In this document: positions 23,640 through 32,956 of the stretch, piece after piece
Numbering within the stretch: position 1 is the first letter of the stretch
Layout of the letters: the number at the start of each line of letters is the position of its first letter
Source of the DNA: Squatina squatina
Lineage: Eukaryota
DNA: 32,956 nucleotides
Assembly: GCA_031763465.1 (NCBI GenBank)
Contig: JARFOE010000036.1
Span: 427,986 to 460,941 of the forward strand
Direction: 5' to 3'
Made by a program: the position numbers and the translations under genes
The notes under the pieces: generated by a model
The model's database searches: none
What the model was told of the DNA's origin: nothing
Seen by the model: the letters and a program-made list of their open reading frames with translations, nothing else

Positions 23640-24931
23640 TTTTAAGACAACATGTGGTGCCATATGTGACCACCTATATATTGACGGAGTGGAAGCCCTC
23701 GTGGTTCATGAAGGCCATGGAACTGTGTGTGAGGCCACACGAGTGCCATCAGTAACACTCTGGACTTTGGGGAATGCTGACATACAATAAACAGCAGAGG
23801 CTTATCATTCCATTGCTTGGTTTCCAGAGGAAACGATGAAAGTATTTACCTTGGCAAACAACTCATCGGTGACCTGCTTATGAATCTGTGCACAGTGGAT
23901 TGATTGTTGTTGCTGATGTCCCCCACCCCCGGTACTCTGGAAGCAACCCAAGGCAATAAAGTTCAAGGCAGTTGTCACCTTTACTGCCATTGACAGCAGT
24001 CCTCATCCTTTGTGAGGCTCAAGATCTTGTGCGAGCTCTGTTATGATGTCTCTTCAGAAACGAAACCTTCTAATACACTGCTCCTAGTTAAGTTCATGAA
24101 GGAGAATAGTTCTTGATTTATTCTGAGACGGTAAGGCCTCCTCTCACCATCCCTGCAATTCCTTTTTCATCTTCCACCATGTCGATCCTCGAGCGGGTGG
24201 GCGTGGTTGTGGCTGTGGCTGCCTCCCCCTTCCTCTCTGCATTGCCCTCTGTCTATGCCTCTCTGCAGGGGCCTGACCATCTGCAGCTTCAACGGGTTGC
24301 GTGACTGGTGCAGCCTGACCTACTCCTCTCCTTTGTACATCTCTCTCGCATCCTTTGCCGATGTCTCTGCTGTCACCTTCTTCTTCTAACCAGGAACCTC
24401 CTAAGATGGAACAAGAGGAGACAGTCCACTGCCAGGACAGCACCCATGAGTTTCCTTCAACAGTTGTCCAAAATGGACTTGATGTCAACTTCCCAGTTAA
24501 ATTATCAGTTAATTATTGTTGCTACCTCCCTAAAGACCTTATTCAAACAAATTCTCACTTCAGTCGTCACTTCTACAATGCCGCATCGGAAGGTCACCAC
24601 AGAACTCACCTTTAAGTAAATTCACCGCATCTGGGAGCCAACTGTGTAGCCACAGCTCCTGCTGTCGCTCCTAACACCAAGGCGCCATTACCGATTTCAG
24701 GGATGAAATGTGTGCCGGGTCACTCAGGGGGTGTCGCGCATGGTGATGTCATAATCACCGCGCGCCACCGATGCCCTCGCCATGCTCGGCCACAGAGGCG
24801 CGCCCTCTCGGTGCCTCCGCAAAAGACCCCATTAATGCCGCGCAAGTCGCCTTGCGAAAAACACTGAGCGCTCCAGGAGCGCCTCCACTGGGCGCGACCC
24901 AGGTGCAATGTACCTATGAATTTCGGGCCCC
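23640..24931 (-). mobile_element. Degenerate PIF/Harbinger DNA transposon
   Basis: Minus-strand pieces FSFMNLT/EQCIRRFRF*RDIITELAQDLEP, AVKVTTALNF, QVTDELFA, FPKVQSVTDGTRVA and FMNHEGFHSVNI*V match HARBI1-like transposase motifs, with stops and frameshifts. Terminus-like GGGGCCCGAAATTC at 24931-24918. Confidence 0.78.
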
Positions 24932-25254
24932 CTGGTATTAATGAATAAAATGTAGCATTTGGAAATTGTCGTTTGTAAACATCTAAACAGCCTTGCGTTT
25001 CTAATTGTTTATATTCTCACGGAGACACCACTTTCACTTCTCAGTGCTCCTGTTGATTAAATCAACTATAAATATATTCATGCTGTTAGCTTCTTTTTTG
25101 CTTAAGATGCTATGCTGTGGATAAAGAGAGAGACTGGCCCCAATATTCCACCAGCTAGTATCACATCTGCTAGTGGCCTCCAGCACTGACCCGAGCCAGG
25201 GTTTGTGGGGTCAGTGGAAGTGCACCTCATTTGCATGGGGCCAAGTGGGTTTCT

Positions 25255-26310
25255 CAATAGGGAGCACACCCTCAACACATCTGACCTTGCAAACTACCAC
25301 TCCATCTCCAATCTCCCTTGCCTCTCCAAAGTCCTTGCTCATCTTTCCCACAACACCATATCTGAATCTCTCCAATCAAGTTTTTATCCCTGCCACAGCA
25401 CTAAAACGACCTTAATGAAAGTTACGAATTACATTCTTTGTGATCGTTAGGATGATGTATTTGCCCTTCTACAGCCTTTGACACAATCCACCATACCATC
25501 CTCTTCATTGCGGTTCAGTGTGACTTGCTTGGTTCTACTTTTCAATCACAGCAAAAGCATCTCTAGCAATGGCTTCTCTTCTTATAGATATGGGATCAGG
25601 TTCCACATGCACACTGACGATACTGACGATACCCAATTCTACCTCTCTACCACTTCCCTTGACGCCTCCAATAATTGTGTTGTCAGACTGTTTGTCTGAT
25701 ATCCAGTCTTGGATGAACCGCAACGTCTGACCCCATGTACTCTCTACAGATCACTTCCACCACCATAAGATTACCCAACTTTGCCTCAACCCATCTGCTG
25801 CTGAAACATGCCTTTGGCACCTCCAGACTCAACTATTTCAATGCTCTCCTGGCCAGTCCCTTATCCTCCACAAACTCCAGTTCCTTCAAAACTTTGTTGC
25901 CTGCACCCAATCCGACACCAAGTCTCGGTCTGCTTACTGGCCAATATTGGCTCCTGGTCCCACAATGCCTCAAATTTAAATTTCTCATTATTATGTATTA
26001 CCTTGCCATCAGTTATCTCCTCCAGCTCTACAACCCTACAAGAAACCTGGATTCCTCTGACTCTGTCCTCTGACAAACCCTCTACTCCCTTCACCCCGCC
26101 ATTGGAGATCATGCCTTCAACCATCTAGGCCCTACACTCCCTAATAATCGCTTTACAACTTTTTGCCTCCCCTCCTTTGACACACCTTAAATACCACCTA
26201 ATCTCTCCTTCTTTAACGCGCCATCTACCTTAGTCCGAGAACACTTCTTTGACGCACCTTGGGACATTTTTCTTTGTTAAAGATGCTATATAAATCCAAT
26301 TTGTTGATGA
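25255..26310 (+). mobile_element. Old degenerate L2 LINE (RT domain to 3' tail, internal deletions)
   Basis: DLANYHSISNLPCLSKVL, QSSFYPCHSTKTTLMKVTN, FHMHTDDT...TQFY and TSRLNYFNALL. Tail gctatataaatccaatttgttg. Confidence 0.8.
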
Positions 26311-26528
26311 TCACCCGATTAGGAAGTTCCACCTCGTACAAGGCAGAAACCTGACCTAAAAAGAAATCCGCTGTTTCTTTGGGGGATTACACTGGTCTCT
26401 GAGTGAAGTTATGGCTGAAGGCCTCTGAAACTCAGATAGAATTTTAAGGTCATTATCTCTAAGTACCTCTCCATGTAAAGAAGGTAAATAAGGATGCATT
26501 GGTGAGATAAATACATTGCCAAACTTAC

Positions 26529-26668
26529 TCGAATGTCTTCCTCTTCATAATTGTACAGGATTGCTCTAATTTCCACTTGTTCATTGCGGACAACAGAATA
26601 TGGAAGTCGAAGGTCAATGAAAAAGTCTTTCTGCACTGTTAGCTCATAAGGCTGAGCAACACATATTC
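26529..26668 (-). CDS. C3: Complement C3-like internal exon (alpha-chain, MG6b/MG7 region)
   Basis: catccag acceptor and CGA|gtaagt donor, 140 nt. (G)[46 protein letters not shown]. Confidence 0.88.
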
Positions 26669-27968
26669 CTGGATGAAGGCACAGTTAGAATTCAGAAAAG
26701 GTGTTATAATCTTTATTTTAAAAGGCTGATCTGTTCATTTTGCGATGCATGAAGAAACAGAATTACTTTCAAAGCTGAAAAGAGTGAACATAGAATGACA
26801 ATTGCCAAATTTTTAAATTTCATCTTCTTTCTCCCCAAGTTTATCTTGAGGTTTGAATGGAATGAGGCATATGGAAGTGCATGTCTGTAAGTGTGCCTGT
26901 CACTTCCATTGATGTTTGAAAAAGATATTGTATTCTTCTAAAGTCCTCTCTCAATTTTTAAGATCTCTACTCCAAACTGGAGACGCTTTAGTTTGAAACA
27001 GCCATTTTTTTTTCTTTTCGATGATCACCAAATAATATAATTGAATACTGTATATATCCTGGCGTGCACTTGTCCTTCACATTATCACTAGTAGCTACTT
27101 GTTTAGGCTCTGATATGCACTGGAAATTCCTATTTAGTTCCCACTCCCTTGCCACCTCCCACCTTGCTTTGAATAAACCTCGCCAAAATCTTCTCTTCAA
27201 AGCAATGCCTTCGACATCCACCCACATTCATTCGAAATTCGTGTGAAGTCCTAATTAGAANNNNNNNNNNNNNNNNNNNNNNNNNNNNNNNNNNNNNNNN
27301 NNNNNNNNNNNNNNNNNNNNNNNNNNNNNNNNNNNNNNNNNNNNNNNNNNNNNNNNNNNNATAGTTGATCTCCCGTGGTATTAGATACAGGAAATTAGAA
27401 CAACTGTGGCGTTCAGATGAAGTGGGGTTCGAGGGTTGACCATAATCAGACCAGGGTGCACGTATATAACTGAGTCCCTATTTATCCTTACTTTTGTGGT
27501 TTCATTATAAATTTCTATGTCTACATTTACATTGGAAATCACCTTGTCACAAAAATTGACAGGAAGTGCAAGCAGATTTTTATATATAAATATTATTTTA
27601 TATAAATATAATGTTATATGAGTAATATTCACACACAAAAACAACAGTACATTTGAAAGGTAAAATTCCTGACCAATAATTTTAGCAAAAGGGTAAACAC
27701 AAGTACAAAAGCAAAATGTCACCACTTTGTACCCATGCCTGCTTTTTTCACTAAAATTAAGACACAAACTTCACCTAATTTCTGTATACAAGTTTAAATC
27801 ATGTAAAACAAAATATCACACAAAAGCAGACTGTAGAAACTCTCCGGTGACCCTTTAGTGAAGACTATCAGGATGCATGTATAATATTGGTGCGCAAGGT
27901 TACACAAAGTCTGCAGGTTTATTAACAGCTCACTGTAGCAATCATGTGACTGACCTCTGTCCAAGTAT

Positions 27969-27974
27969 TAATCC
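27969..27974 (+). promoter_or_regulatory. TAATCC (CRX/OTX K50 homeodomain site) just upstream of the RDH8 ATG
   Basis: Motif about 40 nt before the ATG of a photoreceptor gene. It is short and could be chance. Confidence 0.3.
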
Positions 27975-28012
27975 TCTCCAGTTTTCTTGCTTGCTATCCA
28001 ACAGAAGTACCA

Positions 28013-28118
28013 ATGGCAAACAATGGACAAAAGGTTGTACTGATTACTGGATGCTCCTCTGGAATTGGTTTAAAGCTTGCTGTACAACTTGCAAATGATG
28101 CCAAGAAGCAATTTTATG
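28013..28118 (+). CDS. RDH8: Retinol dehydrogenase 8, exon 1
   Basis: MANNGQKVVLITGCSSGIGLKLAVQLANDAKKQFY with G|gtaggt donor. Contains the SDR TGxxxGxG motif. This frame is not in the ORF track. Confidence 0.88.
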
Positions 28119-28764
28119 GTAGGTGTTTGGTTAACTCAGTACTAATTCAAAAGAAAATATTTGGCATTGCGCATGTGTGTTCTAAAGGTTAGTCGTGTTA
28201 CGTTTTAAGTGCATTAATTACATGGGGATTTTTTTTTTACTGGAAAAATATGAATTACATCTTTACTGTTACCTTAATAGATTTTTAAGTCTTTTTTCTA
28301 CAATGATGTTCCTAAAGAAATAAATATTGCGCATCACAAGGTACATTGTTCGTGGGCATTGCAATCACTCTGACAGAAATTTTCAGAGATAAGGGAGCAT
28401 TCAAAACCAAGTAAGATTTCTCCTAAGTACATCGCAGGTAATTTCAAAACTCATCTCCAATTTAACCTTGGAATTCAAACAACTTATAAACTGTAGGTTA
28501 CATCTTGCTATTTATGGTATTGTCTGAATCCCTTGACCAGGTTCTTGTGTTATAATCACTCCCAGGTATCCATTATTCTGTACTTCTTAACCTACACCCC
28601 ACAGATCTAATTTGTGAAACAAAGCTATAATATCCCTGTTAGTTTTGTGAATTACATTTTATTTTAGGAGTTTTCAATTGGAAATAATTTGATATCTGAG
28701 ATATCACAAACTAAACTGATTATTAATAATATAGCTTAGATAGAGCTTTTGTCCTCAGTCATTT

Positions 28765-28950
28765 TGATAATAGGGTCGATAGAGAAATCTATTCCCTCTG
28801 GCAAGTGGGTCAATAACCGGAGGTCATAGATTTCAAATCATTGGCAAAAGATCTAGATGGGAGATGAGAATTATTTTCACTTAGAGTTATCGGGATTTGG
28901 AACATTGATTCCACAAATAATTCTAAAAAGGAATTGGACAGGTACTTGAG
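28765..28950 (+). mobile_element. CR1 LINE 3' fragment
   Basis: DRVDREN..PLASGSITGGHRFQI-like CR1 ORF2 C-terminus. Confidence 0.6.
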
Positions 28951-29939
28951 GATTATTTTCTATTAATTCCTGGGATGTGGGNNNNNNNNNNNNNNNNNNN
29001 NNNNNNNNNNNNNNNNNNNNNNNNNNNNNNNNNNNNNNNNNNNNNNNNNNNNNNNNNNNNNNNNNNNNNNNNNNNNNNNNNGAATCTTCACGTCTTCTTC
29101 ACAGTTGACCAAACTGTGAGTCGTCCTCTTCCACCACAGTGCCGTCCATTGAAAGGTCAGACCCTTTTAAGCTCAAAGATTCTGGCTGCCAGCTAGTCCC
29201 ACCTCGAGCACATAGTTTTGGCCTGTGAGCTCGTTGATTAGTTTAGTTCTGAGCTCATTGACGAGCTTTGATTAGCTTATTTTTGAGCTTGTTGATCTTT
29301 TTCTTCCGTTCCCACATATCGCAAAGGTTTGTGAAACTACTGAGCCTATCTGGGCACTCATATCTTGTCTATTTGTCTGTGCCATTGTTATCTGTCGCAA
29401 AGGTCATTAGCAGCAAAGGTCACCGCTCCTTTTAGAATGGCTCAGGGTTTCAACATCATTAGATGCAAACAAGTTTTCTTAGCCACAAATGCTGGGTCCG
29501 TGCCCAGCATCAGACCAACTCATTACCTTTTGCCTCAGCCTCTCTTTTGTCCAGTCCAGATAAGCAGGGTTTGCAAGCAACCGTTTTCCTTTTCATACAA
29601 TTTTAGTCTGATTTAACGTATACGAGTTTACAATATTATCTTTAATACCTAGCAAAACGCAATGCATTATGGTTTACAGTACTGTACAGTATATATTGTA
29701 TTATTAACGAGTATTGGGGACAAGCAATAAACAGTGTTGACCGATCAGTTTATAATCACAGTGAAGGTTCATCCCAACTTAGAATAGTTAAAGCATGAAA
29801 ACCAAAATAAATTGTGTATTATTTAAGTTTAGGTTTGTAAAATGGCTGCTATATTCAGCAAAAGTGGCACGGAGCTCTATCATACTTTTTAAAAATTACC
29901 ATAAATCATCTGCTGCAGTCCAACTTTGTCTTTTTGCAG

Positions 29940-30085
29940 TTGTCGCAACAATGCGAAATTTAGACAAGAAGAAAAGGCTGGAAGATGCAGCGGGCAATAC
30001 GCTGAATGACACACTGGAAATTAAAGAACTTGATGTGTGCAGCGAAGATTCCATATACAAGTGTGTCAACAGTATTCCAGACAAA
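29940..30085 (+). CDS. RDH8: RDH8-like exon 2 (3' end disrupted)
   Basis: tttgcag acceptor. (V)VATMRNLDKKKRLEDAAGNTLNDTLEIKELDVCSEDSIYKCVNSIPDK. The expected 'xDVL' and in-frame donor are missing. Confidence 0.8.
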
Positions 30086-30714
30086 GTTTTCTGAGGTGAA
30101 TCATGGGTTGGGCTGAATTTTTATTGAAAGTAGTGTGTCTCGCGATTAAATCGCAAGAGTTGTCATTACTGTAAAACAAATAGAGGAATGGCAATATGGG
30201 TAAGAGTTTCCATGTTGGGTGCAATCGACGAAATGTGCACCCATTTTGAAAAGTGTTTTTCTTCCACGAGTTTCCACTCAAACTCATTTGCATATCGACA
30301 AATGCAAAATCTGCTTCAACCAGCACAATTGGGCAGCGTTTTAAATGTAATTTAAAAAAAAATGTTGCTTTAAAAAGTATTCCAAGATATATTTAGGAGT
30401 GGTAACTAGGTGCAGTTCAATTAATACAGCTGAAAATTGGGTTTCCCACAAAAAATAAGCATTTTTAATCAGTGTCAATCCACCACCTGTGAGTAATTTT
30501 AAATGACTGAAAATGACTTTTAAAGAATATACAGAAGCGTTTCCTAGTTACATTCTGGTACAGTAGTCAGTTTCTTAATAAATTTTAAAAAAAGTTCAAA
30601 AGCTTTTAAAAACATTCCTATTAGTGTCCCCGAGACTAAAAGAACCAGCTTAATTTTTAGAGCCTCCTCAAAGGCCTCAAATGAGCGCAATTAGCGGAAA
30701 TTCCCAAAGGTGAT

Positions 30715-31116
30715 TAACGAGTACAAGCTGGATGGGTTGCACCTGGGCAGGACCGGGACCAATGTCCTAGTGTTTGCTAGTACTTTTGGGGAGGGTTTAA
30801 ACTAAAATGGCAGAGGAAAGGGAACCTGTGTAGGGAGACAGAGGAAGGGGAAACAAGGATAGAAACAGAAGACAGGAAGGGAAAAAGCAAAAGTGGAAGG
30901 CAGAGAAATCAAGGGCAAAAAACAAATAGGGCCACAGTACAAAATAATGCTAAGGGGACGAAGAATGTTAAAAAGACAAGCCTAAAGGCTTTGTGTCTTA
31001 ATGTGCGGAGCATTCGCAATAAGGTGGATGAATTAATCGCGCAAATAGATGTAAACGGGTATGATATAATTGGGATTACGGAGACATGGCTGCAGGGTGA
31101 CCAAGGATGGGAACTG
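30715..31116 (+). mobile_element. CR1 LINE ORF1 end (esterase DGLHL motif) and ORF2 AP-endonuclease start
   Basis: YKLDGLHLGRTGTNVL and LCLNVRSIRNKVDELIAQIDVNGYDIIGITETWLQG. Confidence 0.85.
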
Positions 31117-31217
31117 NNNNNNNNNNNNNNNNNNNNNNNNNNNNNNNNNNNNNNNNNNNNNNNNNNNNNNNNNNNNNNNNNNNNNNNNNNNNNNNNNNNN
31201 NNNNNNNNNNNNNNNNG

Positions 31218-31292
31218 AAGATCAGCCATGATCTCATTGAATGGTGGAGCAGGCTCGAGGGGCCAAATGGCCGACTCCTGCCCCTAGTTCAT
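31218..31292 (+). mobile_element. CR1 3' tail
   Basis: gatcagccatgatctcattgaatggtggagcaggctcgagg. Confidence 0.75.
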
Positions 31293-31519
31293 ATGCAAGC
31301 AGTGATCACTATTTCTTGATTTTCTTTGTCTGTGTTGCTCTTGTTAGCCTTATCATGTCCTGCACTTTGGGATGTGATTCTTTACTTTGGTTTCTCAGCA
31401 AAAAAAGAAACCTTCTACTCTCCTGTTCACCACTTTTCGTACTACTCACAAAACCATCTTCACACCTCTTGCACAAAAAAAAAAGCACGTTGTGTTTCAT
31501 TTTCCTCTCCTTGTTTTAG

Positions 31520-31699
31520 TAAATAATGCTGGAATGGGGCTGATTGGCCCAGTAGAGTGCCAGAGCTTGGACACCATGAAAATTGTGTTCGACACAAACT
31601 TCTTTGGCCTAACCCGACTGGTGAAAGAAATTCTGCCTGATATGAAGAGACGCCAAAGTGGGCACATTGTTGTCATGAGCAGCGTTATGGGAATCCATG
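31520..31699 (+). CDS. RDH8: RDH8-like exon 3
   Basis: ttttag acceptor and G|gtaaat donor, 180 nt. NNAGMGLIGPVECQSLDTMKIVFDTNFFGLTRLVKEILPDMKRRQSGHIVVMSSVMGIH contains the SDR NNAG motif and catalytic Ser. Confidence 0.88.
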
Positions 31700-31838
31700 G
31701 TAAATTGATGTTCTTAGACGTTCCAGTGGAACATAAACATTTATTGTAGTTCCCGTGTTGAAGAGGATCATTTTGTTATCAAACTTAAACTTCAGTTTTA
31801 TTTTGCTGAGCAATATTGGTTTTTTTCTTTTTTTTTAG

Positions 31839-31932
31839 GTCTCCTATTCAATGATGTGTACACAGCATCAAAATTTGCAGTGGAAGGTTTCTGTGAAAGT
31901 TTGGCAATTCAAGCCTTAAATTTCAATATAAA
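31839..31932 (+). CDS. RDH8: RDH8-like exon 4
   Basis: Poly-T acceptor and AA|gtaaga donor, 94 nt. [31 protein letters not shown] contains the catalytic YxxxK motif. Confidence 0.88.
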
Positions 31933-32500
31933 GTAAGAGCCATAATGATTTTTACTCAGTTAAAAAGAAATCCATCAATCCTCTTTTTTTACACGTTTCA
32001 TTCTTTTTCAGTGTATTGCAATCTGCCACAAGAACCCTCAATGATATTTCTTNNNNNNNNNNNNNNNNNNNNNNNNNNNNNNNNNNNNNNNNNNNNNNNN
32101 NNNNNNNNNNNNNNNNNNNNNNNNNNNNNNNNNNNNNNNNNNNNNNNNNNNNTCTGTTTGCTAACTTCGTGCAATCTGAATATAGCTGTTTTCTCTTAGT
32201 AATGCTCTGTCTGTTTGTGGTTATTATTTAATTAATGTACATTTGTTTTCTGCTGTTGAGGTTTTATGTTTTAATGTCTGTTTTTGCCTTTTTCTCCAGG
32301 ATGGCAAGATCATTTTTAATTCCTTCCTTCATCTCTAAACCAGATGTTCTCCATATTTTGGTTTTGGAATCTTACTGGATTAAACACCGTTCAGTGTTAA
32401 TCGATCAACTTTATGTGGATTTGGCATATACCAACCTTGTTAGGAGAAATAGCCTTTAAGTTGCCTAAAACTTCTAACAGAAGCTTGTATGAAATAAAGG

Positions 32501-32653
32501 ATGATGGCCTCAGCTTCAGGTAATAATGATGATGACTTAACTATTCCAAGAGCTGCCATCAACAAGATTATCAAAGAGATCCTACCAAACGTCAGGGTAG
32601 CGAACGATGCCAGAGAAATGGTGGTGAACTGTTGCACTGAATTTATTCATTTA
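32501..32653 (+). CDS. DR1: DR1/NC2-beta-like histone-fold protein N-terminus, truncated (gene fragment or pseudogene)
   Basis: MMASASGNNDDDLTIPRAAINKIIKEILPNVRVANDAREMVVNCCTEFIHL, then unrelated PFSSMCSG and a stop at 32680. The 59-aa ORF is shorter than any in the track. Confidence 0.8.
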
Positions 32654-32874
32654 CCTTTTTCTTCAATGTGCTCTGGATAATCCAGTTAAACCCTTTGAGC
32701 ATAATGTATGATTCTGTGGCATTGATTCCTTCAATTTTGAACTTTGACACTGTAGGCCCACCAGTGACCTCCTGGCCTATATACTAAGTACAACACCGTA
32801 GAACACATACTACTGAACCATTAGGGCAGCACCTGCAAATCACAATTATACGTTAGCAAATTTATCATAGAGAT

Positions 32875-32956
32875 TACATCGAATGTACAGCACAGAAACA
32901 GGCCATTCGGTCCAACTGGTCCATGCTGGTGTTTATGCTCCACACCAACCTCCTCC
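32875..32956 (-). mobile_element. CR1 3' tail
   Basis: Reverse of 4835-4910. Confidence 0.75.

Noticed and set aside
27877-28098. 73-aa ORF in the track
   Set aside because: Wrong frame. The real coding frame is RDH8 exon 1 starting at 28013.

Overview
Vertebrate genomic DNA, very probably a shark or other elasmobranch, judged from its CR1/HER1-type LINE tails, L2 elements, a tRNA-headed SINE and a degraded PIF/Harbinger transposase. It is not contiguous sequence. It consists of short contigs (about 0.5-4 kb), mostly joined by fixed 100-N spacers, which is typical of reference-guided scaffolding of a low-coverage short-read assembly. Isolated exons appear in the order DNAJB1(+), GIPC1(+), PTGER1(+), PGLYRP2(+), RASAL3(+), PIN1(+), OLFM2(-), COL5A3(-), C3-like(-), RDH8(+). 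This matches blocks of human 19p13 in order and orientation. Several exons are absent from the ORF track: an NR5A (Ftz-F1) DNA-binding-domain exon (candidate NR5A5 ortholog, lost in mammals), a Cav1.3/CACNA1D-like I-II loop exon, RDH8 exons 1 and 4, and a DR1/NC2-beta N-terminus (candidate extra ohnolog). Non-coding highlights are a 33-bp minisatellite apparently derived from a SINE, a SINE sharing its 3' tail with local L2 LINEs, and a GA-rich satellite contig whose first and last 77 nt are identical. Four coding segments lose homology abruptly mid-exon, which suggests chimeric contigs. I found no prokaryote-type novel system. Gene identities come from remembered protein sequences and synteny, not from a database search.
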